NCBI GenBank assembly: GCA_942493095.1
Contig: OW818675.1
Span: forward strand, 990,001-1,022,000
Direction of reading: 5' to 3'
Source: Candidatus Electronema halotolerans
Lineage (GTDB): Bacteria > Desulfobacterota > Desulfobulbia > Desulfobulbales > Desulfobulbaceae
DNA: 32,000 bases
Below, in pieces: positions 18,334 to 28,221 of this stretch. The stretch's first letter is position 1. Each line of letters begins with the position of its first letter. The notes beneath the pieces were generated by a model that searched no databases, was not told the DNA's origin, and saw nothing but the letters and a program-made list of their open reading frames with translations. Made by a program: the position numbers and the translations under genes.

Positions 18334-18999
18334 GTGATTATCGCCAGCAAGGAGGCAGCAGTGTTGATAATGAACAGCAGGGCAGAAATGAATTGCAGCG
18401 CCAGCGGACAGAACAGGACGGAAAGCGCGCTGCGCCGCCTCTTCCCCGCCCTGCTCCTCTCCGCCGCTGTGGTGCTGATGCTGTGTCATGCCGTGGCCGC
18501 AGCAGCGGAAGAAAAAGCCATGTTCATCTCCTCCAATATTGAGGTGCCGATACGGAGAGGGGCAAGTATAAGATATAAAATCATTAAAATCGCCAAAGTC
18601 AATGATTCGGTCAAGCGGCTGGAGGAAAAGGACGACTGGAGCAGAGTGCGCTTCAAAGACGGCGGCGAAGGCTGGCTGCCCAGCTACATGCTGATTGACG
18701 AGGTCCCGGCGGCCCAGCGGCTGCAAAGCCTGCTGCTGGAAAACAAGCAGCTCAAGCAGAAAAACGATGATTTGAGCATAGAGCTGACTGCATTGCAGGA
18801 GCATCAGACCGGCGAGAGCGAAAAATTATCTGCCTGCATTGCCGAGCGGAACACGGCCAAGGCCGAGCGCAGAGCTGTGGAGGACACAGCCAAAGTCATC
18901 TGGTTTCTCGCCGGTTCCGGGGTGCTTTTTCTCGGCTGGATACTGGGACGGATATCCGGCAGGCCGCGCAAAAAACGAAGCACGCTCAGTTTCCACTGA
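18334..18999 (+). CDS. SH3-domain/coiled-coil/TM protein (YgiM/TIGR04211-like)
   Basis: Signal/TM; SH3 segment FISSNIEVPIRRGASIRYKIIKIAKVNDSVKRLEEKDDWSRVRFKDGGEGWLPSYML; coiled coil; C-terminal TM IWFLAGSGVLFLGWILGRI. Real start may be downstream of 18334. Confidence 0.85.
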   Translation: MIIASKEAAVLIMNSRAEMNCSASGQNRTESALRRLFPALLLSAAVVLMLCHAVAAAAEEKAMFISSNIEVPIRRGASIRYKIIKIAKVNDSVKRLEEKDDWSRVRFKDGGEGWLPSYMLIDEVPAAQRLQSLLLENKQLKQKNDDLSIELTALQEHQTGESEKLSACIAERNTAKAERRAVEDTAKVIWFLAGSGVLFLGWILGRISGRPRKKRSTLSFH

Positions 19000-19020
19000 C
19001 AAAACTTCACGTGCAAGAAA

Positions 19021-19578
19021 ATGAAACGAACACGTTCAACAACTATTTTAGCAATCCGGCACAAGGGCGAGGTGGTCATGGCTGGCGACGGCCAGGTTTC
19101 GCTGGGCCAGACTGTGATCAAGCACCATGCCCGCAAGGTGCGCAGGCTCCATCATGACCGGGTGATCACCGGCTTTGCCGGTTCCACGGCTGATGCCTTC
19201 ACCCTCTTTGACCGGCTGGAGGCCAAGCTGGAGCAGTTCAACGGCAACCTGCTCCGCTCGGCAGTGGAGCTGGCCAAGGACTGGCGCACGGACAAGATGC
19301 TCCGCCGCTTGGAGGCGATGATGATCGCTGTTGACAGCAAGTATTCCCTGCTGCTTTCCGGCAGCGGCGATGTGATTGAATCTGATGACGGCATTCTCGC
19401 CATTGGTTCAGGCGGGGCGTATGCCCAAGCAGCCGCGACCGCCTTGGTCGCCCATTCCAGCTTGGATGCAGAGGGCATCGCCCGCGAAGCCATGAACATT
19501 GCCGCCTCGATCTGTGTCTATACCAATCATAATCTGATCATTGAGAAGGTGCAGGCAGCCCCTTCCGCTCAGAGTTGA
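19021..19578 (+). CDS. hslV: ATP-dependent protease subunit HslV
   Basis: [71 protein letters not shown]. Confidence 0.97.
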   Translation: MKRTRSTTILAIRHKGEVVMAGDGQVSLGQTVIKHHARKVRRLHHDRVITGFAGSTADAFTLFDRLEAKLEQFNGNLLRSAVELAKDWRTDKMLRRLEAMMIAVDSKYSLLLSGSGDVIESDDGILAIGSGGAYAQAAATALVAHSSLDAEGIAREAMNIAASICVYTNHNLIIEKVQAAPSAQS

Positions 19579-19591
19579 CGAGACCTATTTC

Positions 19592-20977
19592 ATGCGCAAC
19601 AAACTGAATTCCCTGACTCCCAAGCAGACTGTGGAGGAGCTGGACCGCTACATCATCGGCCAGAACGAGGCTAAACGCTCAGTGGCAATCGCCCTGCGCA
19701 ACCGCTGGCGGCGGCAGCAGGTGCCTCATCCGCTGCGGGAGGAGATTGCTCCGAAAAACATCATCATGATCGGCCCGACCGGGGTGGGCAAGACCGAGAT
19801 CGCCCGCAGGCTGGCTCACTTGGCCCAGTCGCCCTTCATCAAGGTCGAGGCCTCCAAGTTCACCGAGGTGGGCTATGTGGGTCGGGACGTGGAGTCCATG
19901 ATCCGCGATCTGGTTCAGCTCGCCGTCAATATGGTGACCAAGGAGGAGGAGGAGACGGTGGCGGCCAAGGCGGCGGCGGCGGCTGAGGAGCGGCTGCTTG
20001 ACCTGCTCCTGCCCTTGCCGGAGAAAAAGCCGGTCAAGGAGAAGGAGGGCGAGATCATCGACCTGCCCTATGACAGCGGCAATGGCTCGGCGGAGAAAAC
20101 CCGCGAAAAGCTGCGGCGGATGCTGCACGGCGGCGAGCTGGATGACCGCTTGGTTGAGCTGAAAGTCAGTGCTGGCAAACCGCCTGGCCCGCTTGTCGAG
20201 GTCTTTTCCTCCTCCGGCATGGAGGAGATGCAGTCCTCGTTGCAGGAGGCGTTTTCCAAGATTTTCCCCAGCCAGAAGCAGGAGCGCAAAGTCCGGGTCC
20301 CGGAAGCGCTTGAGTATCTGAAAAAGGAAGAGGCGGCCCGGCTGGTCGATACAGAAAGCGTGGCTCAGAAGGCGGTGCGCCGCACTGAGCAGGCCGGGAT
20401 CATCTTTCTTGATGAGATTGACAAGATTGCGGCCCGCAGCGGCGGCAACGGCCCGGATGTGTCACGGGAAGGGGTGCAGCGCGACCTGCTGCCGATAGTC
20501 GAAGGTTCGACCGTGACCACCAAGTACGGCCCGGTGCGCACGGATCACATTCTCTTTATCGCCTCTGGGGCCTTTTACACCAACAAGCCCTCTGATCTGG
20601 CCCCGGAGCTGCAAGGCCGCTTTCCCATCCGGGTCAATCTGAACGCGCTCGGCGAGGAGGAGTTTTTCCGCATTCTCACTGAGCCGAACAACGCCTTGGT
20701 CAAGCAGTACACCGCCCTGATGAAGACCGAGGGCATTGAGCTGGAGTTTGAGGACAAGGCGGTGCGGGAGATGGCCCGCATTGCGGCGGAGGTCAACCGC
20801 AAAACCGAGGACATCGGCGCCCGGCGGCTGCACACGATTATGGAGTGCGTGCTTGACAAGCTCTCCTACGATGCCTCGGAGCTGGACGAGCAGGCTTTCA
20901 CTGTGACTGCTGATTATGTCCGCCAGCAGCTGTCCGTCATCTCGGAGAACGAGGACCTGAGCCGTTATATTCTGTAA
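19592..20977 (+). CDS. hslU: ATP-dependent protease ATPase subunit HslU
   Basis: [83 protein letters not shown]; start chosen at [10 protein letters not shown]. Confidence 0.97.
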   Translation: MRNKLNSLTPKQTVEELDRYIIGQNEAKRSVAIALRNRWRRQQVPHPLREEIAPKNIIMIGPTGVGKTEIARRLAHLAQSPFIKVEASKFTEVGYVGRDVESMIRDLVQLAVNMVTKEEEETVAAKAAAAAEERLLDLLLPLPEKKPVKEKEGEIIDLPYDSGNGSAEKTREKLRRMLHGGELDDRLVELKVSAGKPPGPLVEVFSSSGMEEMQSSLQEAFSKIFPSQKQERKVRVPEALEYLKKEEAARLVDTESVAQKAVRRTEQAGIIFLDEIDKIAARSGGNGPDVSREGVQRDLLPIVEGSTVTTKYGPVRTDHILFIASGAFYTNKPSDLAPELQGRFPIRVNLNALGEEEFFRILTEPNNALVKQYTALMKTEGIELEFEDKAVREMARIAAEVNRKTEDIGARRLHTIMECVLDKLSYDASELDEQAFTVTADYVRQQLSVISENEDLSRYIL

Positions 20978-21008
20978 TCCCACCGCCCCAATCCTGCATG
21001 CAACGAAC

Positions 21009-21039
21009 AATGCCTGCTGCGACAAGCGCGGCAGGCATT
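21009..21039. terminator. Hairpin between convergent hslU and the PilJ-domain gene; possible bidirectional terminator
   Basis: AATGCCTGCTGC-GACAAGC-GCGGCAGGCATT; 12-bp stem (one G-T), no clear T-tract. Confidence 0.45.
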
Positions 21040-21070
21040 GGCAATGATTCCCTTGTCCGGCTGGGCCGGA

Positions 21071-21859
21071 TTATTTCCTTTCAGCAGCTTCGACGTAAAG
21101 TTTGGTCACTTTATCCGCCAAGGTGGTTATCTCATCCGTGGTTGAGAGAACCAACAGCGGATTGCCTTGATCACGTTCCACATTGAGCAGAAAGGATGAT
21201 GCGTTTGACCAGAGACGCTCCATCTTTGTCAGCAGCATAGTGATCTTCTTGGTGTTGTGCTGATCACCTTTGAGCATGTCCAAGGCATAGGTGAATTCGG
21301 AAACAGCATTCTTCAAATTCTGGATAACCTTGTCATCATGAAGTCCGGCATGATGTGCCATGTAGTACAGTGAGATTCGCTGAGACAGCATGCGCTGCCT
21401 GCCGGAGATGTTGATGAGGCGGTCAATCTTTGACCCGGAAAGGTCTTCCAGCATCAGGACGACATTATGGGAGGATTCGAGCAGGGTTTCGCTCAAGTCC
21501 AGCACAGCGGCGGCATTGTCCTTGCTGTACGGCATTGAGACCAAGCTTTTAAATTTTGTGAAGTTGGCCTCAATGCCGACCAGAGCCTCACGCACCCCGC
21601 TGTCCTCCACGGTCTTCAGTTTGTTGTCATTGTATTCAAACTGTTTGAGACCAATATCCATCTGATGCTCAGTCTCCTGTTTGGAGATGCTCGATCCATG
21701 ATACAGATAGGCCTTGGCTATCCGCTGCGACAGCATCCGCTGCATTCCCGCCCTGTTGATCAAGTCAGGAAAGTCTGTCGCGGCCAGCAGAGGAGCGGCG
21801 AGGAGCGTGGCAAAGAGAAATGTCAGCAGGGCGATGCGCCAGATGTGTTGCGTTTTCAT
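21071..21859 (-). CDS. Exported protein with two PilJ/type IV pili methyl-accepting chemotaxis transducer N-terminal-type repeats
   Basis: Signal peptide; paired motifs NRAGMQRMLSQRIAKAYLY and NISGRQRMLSQRISLYYM. Confidence 0.88.
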   Translation of the reverse strand: MKTQHIWRIALLTFLFATLLAAPLLAATDFPDLINRAGMQRMLSQRIAKAYLYHGSSISKQETEHQMDIGLKQFEYNDNKLKTVEDSGVREALVGIEANFTKFKSLVSMPYSKDNAAAVLDLSETLLESSHNVVLMLEDLSGSKIDRLINISGRQRMLSQRISLYYMAHHAGLHDDKVIQNLKNAVSEFTYALDMLKGDQHNTKKITMLLTKMERLWSNASSFLLNVERDQGNPLLVLSTTDEITTLADKVTKLYVEAAERK

Positions 21860-22072
21860 AAGAAATCTCCCTCAGAGGTTGGCACAGCAGTTTTGTAAAT
21901 GACCAAGAGTTCCTTGCAAGCGCGCTGCGTGGTTTGCTCAGACAGCTCTCAGCGCTTCCGGCAGGCAAAAGGCTTAGGAATAGTAAAGCAAAAATACGCA
22001 GTTTTCGCAAGCCGCTTCAGGTGCTGCAAACTCGGTTGAGCTGCCACAGCGTGTTTGCCGCAGCCGGGACTC

Positions 22073-23368
22073 TCAGACCTGACAGTGCTGCTCCACATAC
22101 TCGTCAATCATCTTTTTGAAGGCGGCAATCCTGTTGCTGCCGGAGAGCATGGCCGCCCGCTCGCCATCGACATAAACCGGCGAGACCGGGTCTTCGCCAG
22201 TGCCGGGCAGCGACAGGCCAATGTTCGCATCCTTGCTCTCGCCAGGGCCATTGACAATGCAGCCCATGACTGCCACAGTCATGCGTTCAAAGCCCTTGCA
22301 GCCGTTCCGCCGCCAGACCGGAGTCTGCTGGAGCAGATAGTCGCTGATCTCCTTGGCAATCTCCTGAAAGACGGCAGAGTTTGTCCTGCCGCAGCCCGGA
22401 CAGCTGGTCACCGTGGGCAGGAGCTGGCGCAGGCCAAGGAATTGCAGGACCTGCTGGCAGACCAGCACCTCCTCAGTGCGGGAGCTGCCCGGCGCAGGGG
22501 TCAGCGAAGTGCGGACAGTGTCGCCAATGCCCTCGGCCAGCAGCACGCTCAGGCCAGTTGCCGAGGCCACGGCCCCTTTGAGGCCCATGCCTGCTTCTGT
22601 GACTCCCAGATGCAGGGGCAGGTCGGTCAGGGCGGCCAGCTGCCGGTTGGCGGCAATCATCTCCGGCACCCGGCTGGCCTTGACCGAGAGCACCATCCTG
22701 TTGTGCGGCAGGCCAAGCTGCTCGGCCATGCGCACTGATTCCATGACGCTGACCACCATTGCCTCAACCAAGAGCTGCTGGCCGGTTTTCTGCTCAGAAC
22801 TTGGCTGGGCCGCATTCTCCTCCACCAGCCGCTCAAATATCTGCTGATCCTTGCTGCCCGCATTGACTCCGATGCGGACCGGCTTGTCATGCCTGACAGC
22901 CTGCTCAATGAACGTGACGAAATTTTGGTCATGCCGCTCGCCAAAGCCGACATTGCCTGGATTGATGCGGAACTTGTCCAAGGCTTGGGCGCAGTCCGGG
23001 TGCTTGCTCAGGAGAATGTGGCCGTTGTAATGAAAATCGCCGATCAGCGGCACAGCGCAGCCTTGCTGGCCGAGCAGTTCCTTGATGCGGGGAACCGCCC
23101 GCGCATCCGCCTCATCCTTGACCGTAAAGCGGACCAGCTCGCTGCCCGCCTCGTGCAGGGCTATAATCTGGGCAGCCGTGGCCTGCGCATCAGCAGTCAG
23201 AGTGTTGGTCATGGACTGGACTCTGACCGGATTGGTGCCGCCGATGCCGACAGAACCAACGCGGACTGCAACGGTTTTTCTTCTCATTTCCTCATTATAG
23301 GCCTGAAGGGGCAGGGCCTGCTCTTTCATTGCAAGATTAACTGCTTTGCATGACTCCTGAAACGGCAT
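22073..23368 (-). CDS. ispG: 4-hydroxy-3-methylbut-2-en-1-yl diphosphate synthase (IspG/GcpE)
   Basis: VGGTNPVRVQSMTNTLTAD-type N-terminus, PLIGDFHYNGHILL, FRINPGNVG, TSCPGCGRTN, VAVMGCIVNGPGESKDANIG; start set near MPFQES or the downstream MKEQAL. Confidence 0.96.
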   Translation of the reverse strand: MPFQESCKAVNLAMKEQALPLQAYNEEMRRKTVAVRVGSVGIGGTNPVRVQSMTNTLTADAQATAAQIIALHEAGSELVRFTVKDEADARAVPRIKELLGQQGCAVPLIGDFHYNGHILLSKHPDCAQALDKFRINPGNVGFGERHDQNFVTFIEQAVRHDKPVRIGVNAGSKDQQIFERLVEENAAQPSSEQKTGQQLLVEAMVVSVMESVRMAEQLGLPHNRMVLSVKASRVPEMIAANRQLAALTDLPLHLGVTEAGMGLKGAVASATGLSVLLAEGIGDTVRTSLTPAPGSSRTEEVLVCQQVLQFLGLRQLLPTVTSCPGCGRTNSAVFQEIAKEISDYLLQQTPVWRRNGCKGFERMTVAVMGCIVNGPGESKDANIGLSLPGTGEDPVSPVYVDGERAAMLSGSNRIAAFKKMIDEYVEQHCQV

Positions 23369-23484
23369 GACCAAGTACAGTAGATTGCGCTGGCAGGAGA
23401 ATAAGGAGCAGTCTCGGTTTACCGAGGGAGAGGGATGAGCATGGCAGCGGAAATACATGCTGCCATGCAGTGCGGAAAGTGCTC

Positions 23485-23734
23485 TGCTCAACGCCTTTCG
23501 GCATCAAAGATAGAATCACAGGAGACGGCACCAATTCAACCACAGGGACTAATGTGCTCAACGCCTTTCGGCATCAAAGATAGAATCACACGATTGAGCA
23601 CAGGGCATAAACGGAGCGCAATAGTTGTGCTCAACGCCTTTCGGCATCAAAGATAGAATCACACCGATCATTGCATTAAGAGCAAAGCAATTGTATCGTG
23701 CTCAACGCCTTTCGGCATCAAAGATAGAATCACA
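23485..23734 (+). CRISPR. Small CRISPR-like array: 4 repeats, 3 unique spacers, no cas genes in window
   Basis: Identical 36-mer TGCTCAACGCCTTTCGGCATCAAAGATAGAATCACA at 23485, 23555, 23628, 23699 (repeats 2-4 also share a preceding G); spacers 33-36 nt and unrelated to each other. Orientation uncertain. Confidence 0.88.
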
Positions 23735-24134
23735 GCCCTTCCCGCAGCTCCCTGCTGACGGGCTGTGCAGCACGATAAATCAAGCTGGCCTGCTGTTCCG
23801 CTGCTGCTGCCTGCAATACGAGCAATTTCTTTTAGCCCTCCCTTGCTCAGGTTAATGGTTTTGCATGAAAAAATCCCAAATCAAGCACCTGCTGCCCCTG
23901 TCGGCGGCTACATTCAGCCACTGTAGCAGCACGTTACCGCCGATATCTGCAAACCTGCTGATAGTATCATGGATGCCCATGAGTTGGCAAGAGATTATTT
24001 TTCTCGTTCCACGCCCCGCCCCTTGCCCCCGCTTCCATTTTTTCGGGCATTTTTCCGTTTGATCAGGTTTAATGGCAGCAGTCTATCCGCGCTGCATGCG
24101 CTTCAGTCTTTACTTGTTTCAAGGAGATGGAATT

Positions 24135-26066
24135 ATGGGACACACTGTTGCTGAAAAGATCATTGCCGCTCACGTAGTCGAAGGCGAACTGAAGAAGGGA
24201 ACCGAGATCGGCATCCGCATTGACCAGACCCTGACCCAGGACGCGACCGGCACGATGGCCTACTTGGAGTTTGAGGCCATTGGCATTCCCCGCGTCCAGA
24301 CCGAGCTGTCGGTGAGCTACGTTGATCACAACATGCTCCAGTCAGATTACAAGAATGCCGACGACCATATTTTCCTGCAAGGCGCGGCCCGCAAGTTCGG
24401 CCTGCACTTCTCGCCGCCCGGCAATGGCATCTGTCATCAGGTGCATTTAGAACGCTTCGGCATTCCGGGCAAGACCCTGCTCGGCTCGGACTCGCACACC
24501 CCGACCGGCGGCGGCCTCGGTATGCTGGCGATTGGCGCGGGCGGCTTGGACGTGGCAATGGCAATGGCAGGCAAGCCCTTCTATATGATCATGCCCAAGA
24601 TATACGGCATCAAGCTGACCGGCACGCTGCGGCCTTGGGTGGCGGCCCGCGATGTGCTGCTGGAGGTGCTGCGCCAGCTCACGGTCAAGGGCGGAGTGGG
24701 CTATATTATGGAATACTTTGGCCCCGGCGTGGCAACCTTGAGCCTCACCGACCGGGCCACGATCACCAACTTTGGCGCAGAGCTTGGCGCAACCAGCTCG
24801 GTCTTTCCATCTGATGAGCAGACCCGCACGTACTTTGCTGCCCAGGGCCGGGAGGAGCAGTGGGCTGAACTGAGTGCGGATGCAGATGCAGAATATGACA
24901 AGGTGCTGGAGATTGATCTTTCCACGCTGGAACCGATGATCGCCTGCCCTTCCTCGCCGGACAACGTGGTCAAGGTCAGCGAGGTTGCAGGCAGGCCGGT
25001 GGCGCAAGTGCTGGTTGGCTCCTGCACCAACTCCTCCCTGCGCGACCTGACTGCGGTCTCCAAGATCATGGCAGGCCGCGAGGTGCATCGGGACGTGAGC
25101 TTTGAGGTCAATCCCGGCAGTCGGCAGGCGTTGGAGAACTTAGTTGCTCAAGGCGGAGTCCTGCCGCTGCTCCAAGCCGGAGCGCGCATCCATCAATCCG
25201 GCTGTCTCGGCTGCATCGGCATGGGCCAGGCACCGCCCACCAACAAGATTTCCCTGCGCACCTTCTCGCGCAACTTCCCCGGACGCTCCGGCAATCAGGG
25301 CGACTTGGTTTATCTGTGCAGCCCGGAAGTGGCCGCCGCCTCAGCCATCACAGGCGTGATCACTGATCCGCGTGAGTTGGGCGACTATCCGAGCTTCACC
25401 CTGCCGGAAACCTATCTGCCCGGCGATGAGCGCATTGAAGCACCCCTGCCGGAAACGGAGAGCGCAAAGGTGGAGATCGTACGCGGCCCGAACATTGCCG
25501 CCTTCCCTGATTTCGCGCCGCTGCCGGAGACGTGGAAGGGCAAGGTCGTCCTCAAGCTGGCCGACAATGTCACCACTGATCACATCATGCCAGCCGGGGC
25601 CAAGATTCTGCCGCTGCGCAGCAATATCCCGGCCATCAGCGAATACGTCTTCTCGCAGATCACGGACTGCTTTGCCTGCAATATGAAAGAGACGATGGCG
25701 GCAGGCTATGCCGGAGCAGTGATCGGCGGCGACAACTACGGCCAAGGCTCCAGCCGCGAACATGCGGCCTTGGCCCCGCGTTATCTCGGCGTGCAGGTGA
25801 AATTAGTCAAGAGCTTTGCCCGCATCCACAAGGCCAACCTGATCAACTTCGGCATTGTGCCGCTGACCTTTGCTGACCCGGACGACTATGAGCGGGCAGA
25901 GCAGGGTGATGAAATCGTGATCAAGGGGCTGCGCGAGGCCGTGCTGTCCGGGGCGGAGCAGATTACAATGGAAATCGGCGGCAGGGCGGTGCAAGCACGC
26001 TGTGAGCTGTCCACCCGCCACCGGGAGATCATCGCCGCAGGCGGCCTGCTGAACTGGGCGAGGTAG
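24135..26066 (+). CDS. Aconitate hydratase
   Basis: GSDSHTPTGGGLGMLAIGAGGLDVA, VLVGSCTNSSLRDL, CLGCIGMGQAP, AGYAGAVIGGDNYGQGSSREHAALAPRYLG; RBS AAGGAGATG upstream of ATG 24135. Confidence 0.96.
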   Translation: MGHTVAEKIIAAHVVEGELKKGTEIGIRIDQTLTQDATGTMAYLEFEAIGIPRVQTELSVSYVDHNMLQSDYKNADDHIFLQGAARKFGLHFSPPGNGICHQVHLERFGIPGKTLLGSDSHTPTGGGLGMLAIGAGGLDVAMAMAGKPFYMIMPKIYGIKLTGTLRPWVAARDVLLEVLRQLTVKGGVGYIMEYFGPGVATLSLTDRATITNFGAELGATSSVFPSDEQTRTYFAAQGREEQWAELSADADAEYDKVLEIDLSTLEPMIACPSSPDNVVKVSEVAGRPVAQVLVGSCTNSSLRDLTAVSKIMAGREVHRDVSFEVNPGSRQALENLVAQGGVLPLLQAGARIHQSGCLGCIGMGQAPPTNKISLRTFSRNFPGRSGNQGDLVYLCSPEVAAASAITGVITDPRELGDYPSFTLPETYLPGDERIEAPLPETESAKVEIVRGPNIAAFPDFAPLPETWKGKVVLKLADNVTTDHIMPAGAKILPLRSNIPAISEYVFSQITDCFACNMKETMAAGYAGAVIGGDNYGQGSSREHAALAPRYLGVQVKLVKSFARIHKANLINFGIVPLTFADPDDYERAEQGDEIVIKGLREAVLSGAEQITMEIGGRAVQARCELSTRHREIIAAGGLLNWAR

Positions 26067-26089
26067 CCTGCCCTGTTGCAATGCACCAG

Positions 26090-26111
26090 TTGGGTCGCCA
26101 CGAGGGGCGAC
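26090..26111. other. Hairpin GGGTCGCC-ACGAGG-GGCGACCC upstream of TPR gene 1
   Basis: 8-bp perfect stem between the aconitase stop and ATG 26131. Confidence 0.6.
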
Positions 26112-26130
26112 CCCTACAGCCGGAGGAACC

Positions 26131-27807
26131 ATGAACGACCAATTCCACAACAGCGGCCCTGGCGAGCAGAATGTTGCGCAGGGCGACCACGCCATCTGCA
26201 AGCAGGTCAATAACTACGGTGTGCCGTATGAGGCATACGGGGAGCTTGCAGGCAAGCTGACCGTCACCGAGGCCGCCCTTGCCAGCTTCTTCAAGATACT
26301 GGAGGAGCAGCAGGTTCCGCTGGGGGATTTGGACAGCAAGCTGCGGGACATAGCCGCCCAGTACAAGGAACTGCTGGTGCGGCTGGAATTTGTGCAGTCC
26401 GAAGACCAAGAAGTTCGGCGGCTGAAGGATGGGGCCAGGCAGGCGATTGAGGCGGGCAAGTACGCTGAGGCCGAGGAGCTGCTGAACCTGGCCGAGGCCC
26501 GTGATGTGCAGGCCATTGAGGAACTGGAGCAGGCCGCCCGCCAGCGGCGCATCTCCGCTGCGGAGACCAATGCTGACCAGGCCAAGCTGCAAGAACTCCA
26601 GTTGCGCTACGAGAAGGCTGCCGCTTACTGGCAGAAGGCCGCCGTCCTGCTGTCGGAGGACAAGAAGAAGGTCAAGGCGTACTATTTGAACGCGGCAGGC
26701 TATGACCTTGACCGCATTGCTGACTACACGAAGGCCCTGCCCCTGTATGAGCAGAGCTTGGTCATCAGCCAAGAGATCGGCGACAGGGCGGTCGAAGGCG
26801 CGACGCTGAACAACATCAGCCAGATTTACAAGGCGCGGGGCGACTACGCTGCGGCCCTCAAGTATCTGGAGCAGAGCTTGGTCATCCGCCAAGAGATCGG
26901 CGACAGGGCGGGCGAAGGCACGACGCTGAACAACATCGGCCAGATTTACAAGGCGCGGGGCGACTACGCTGCGGCCCTCAAGTATCTGGAGCAGAGCTTG
27001 GACATTCACCGAGAAGTCAGCAACAGGTCAGTGGAAGGCGCGACGCTGAACAACATCGGCCAGATTTACAAGGCGCGGGGCGACTACGCTGCGGCCCTCA
27101 AGTATCTGGAGCAGAGCTTGGTCATCTTCCGGGAGACTGGCGGCAAGGCGGAGGAAGGCACGCTGTTGAACAACATCGGCCAGATTTACGATGCGCGGGG
27201 CGACTTCGCTGCGGCCCTCAAGTATTATGAGCAGAGCTTGGTCATCAGCCAAGAGATTGGCGACAGGGCGGTCGAAGGCGTGATGCTGAACAACATCTCC
27301 GGGATTCACTGGGCGCGGGGCGACTTCGCTGCGGCCCTCAAGTATCTGGAGCAGAGCCTTGCCATCAGCCAAGAGATCGGGAAAAGGGCGGTCGAAGGCG
27401 CGACGCTGAACAACATCAGCCAGATTTACGATGCGCGGGGCGACTACGCTGCGGCCCTCAAGTATCTGGAGCAGAGCTTGGTCATCCGCCAAGAGATCGG
27501 CGACCGGGCGGGCGAGGGCAGGACGCTGAGTAACATTGGTGCGCTTCACCATGCTAAGGGCGACTACGCTGCGGCCCTCAAGTATCTGGAGCAGAGCTTG
27601 GCAATCATGCGCGAGATCGGAGCCAAGGCAGAGGAAGCAGTGATGAGTTGGAATATTGGCCGTGTTTACGAAGATCAGGGCGACCTTGTCAAGGCGGAGC
27701 AGCACATCAGCCGGGCGGTGCAGCTTGAAGAGGAAATCGGCCATCCTGATTTGGAGAAAGACCGCGAGGCATTGGCAGACATTCGCGCCGAGCTGCGGGG
27801 CCGGTAG
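26131..27807 (+). CDS. TPR-repeat protein 1, 558 aa, with N-terminal G/N/Q-rich motif
   Basis: Eight consecutive 40-aa TPR units (LEQSLVIRQEIGDRAGEGTTLNNIGQIYKARGDYAAALKY); ATG 26131 preceded by GGAGGAA. Confidence 0.9.
   Translation: MNDQFHNSGPGEQNVAQGDHAICKQVNNYGVPYEAYGELAGKLTVTEAALASFFKILEEQQVPLGDLDSKLRDIAAQYKELLVRLEFVQSEDQEVRRLKDGARQAIEAGKYAEAEELLNLAEARDVQAIEELEQAARQRRISAAETNADQAKLQELQLRYEKAAAYWQKAAVLLSEDKKKVKAYYLNAAGYDLDRIADYTKALPLYEQSLVISQEIGDRAVEGATLNNISQIYKARGDYAAALKYLEQSLVIRQEIGDRAGEGTTLNNIGQIYKARGDYAAALKYLEQSLDIHREVSNRSVEGATLNNIGQIYKARGDYAAALKYLEQSLVIFRETGGKAEEGTLLNNIGQIYDARGDFAAALKYYEQSLVISQEIGDRAVEGVMLNNISGIHWARGDFAAALKYLEQSLAISQEIGKRAVEGATLNNISQIYDARGDYAAALKYLEQSLVIRQEIGDRAGEGRTLSNIGALHHAKGDYAAALKYLEQSLAIMREIGAKAEEAVMSWNIGRVYEDQGDLVKAEQHISRAVQLEEEIGHPDLEKDREALADIRAELRGR
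26812..27771 (+). repeat. Eight tandem 120-bp units encoding TPRs
   Basis: Exact 120-bp periodicity of CAGATTTACAAGGCGCGGGGCGACTACGCTGCGGCCCTCAAGTATCTGGAGCAGAGC-type sequence. Confidence 0.92.
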
Positions 27808-27820
27808 GGTCGTAGGTCGT

Positions 27821-27844
27821 AGGGACAATTCATGAATTGTCCCT
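27821..27844. repeat. 24-bp perfect palindrome AGGGACAATTCATGAATTGTCCCT (copy A)
   Basis: Identical copy at 29692..29715 after TPR gene 2. Confidence 0.9.
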
Positions 27845-27966
27845 ACATGAATTGTCCCTGCGGAATGCGGCAGGCAATAGGCAGACCGGCCCGTCCGCAC
27901 ATCTCTCCTCAGAGCCGCAGCACATCTGCAAGATCGACAATAAAGATGGGGGCTACAGGAGGCAAT

Positions 27967-28221
27967 ATGACAATCGCAGAACGTATTTACCAGCAGAGCA
28001 GGAAACTTCCTGAAGCGCAGGCCCAGAGTGTGCGCCTGCGCCGGAACAAGGCGCGGCAGCAGGAGGCCGCCGACATGAGCGAGTTTGACCAGTTCGGCGC
28101 GGTATATGATGGAACCTTTGATCGGAATACCTGCTATGACCGGCCTGTGCAACAGCAGCATGGACAGCTTATTGACGGCAGCCTGACTATCGTCAATCCA
28201 TTTGCAGAGGACACAGCATGA
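27967..28221 (+). CDS. Small antitoxin-like (DUF2281-like N-terminus) protein, 84 aa
   Basis: MTIAERIYQQSRKLPEAQAQSV resembles the start of DUF2281/antitoxin-type proteins; RBS GGAGG; stop overlaps ATG of TPR gene 2 (ATGA at 28218). Confidence 0.55.
   Translation: MTIAERIYQQSRKLPEAQAQSVRLRRNKARQQEAADMSEFDQFGAVYDGTFDRNTCYDRPVQQQHGQLIDGSLTIVNPFAEDTA

Noticed and set aside
22055-22738. 227-aa plus-strand ORF
   Set aside because: Antisense to ispG, which has unambiguous motifs
23435-23855. Short ORFs containing MCSTPFGIKDRIT / RLSASKIES
   Set aside because: They are translations of the CRISPR-like repeats, not genes
26029-28161. Long minus-strand ORFs (326 and 377 aa) with repeated DDQALLQILEGRSVVAPRLVNLADVVQ
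   Set aside because: Mirror translation of the 120-bp TPR repeats; the + strand has TPR consensus, RBS and a coherent start
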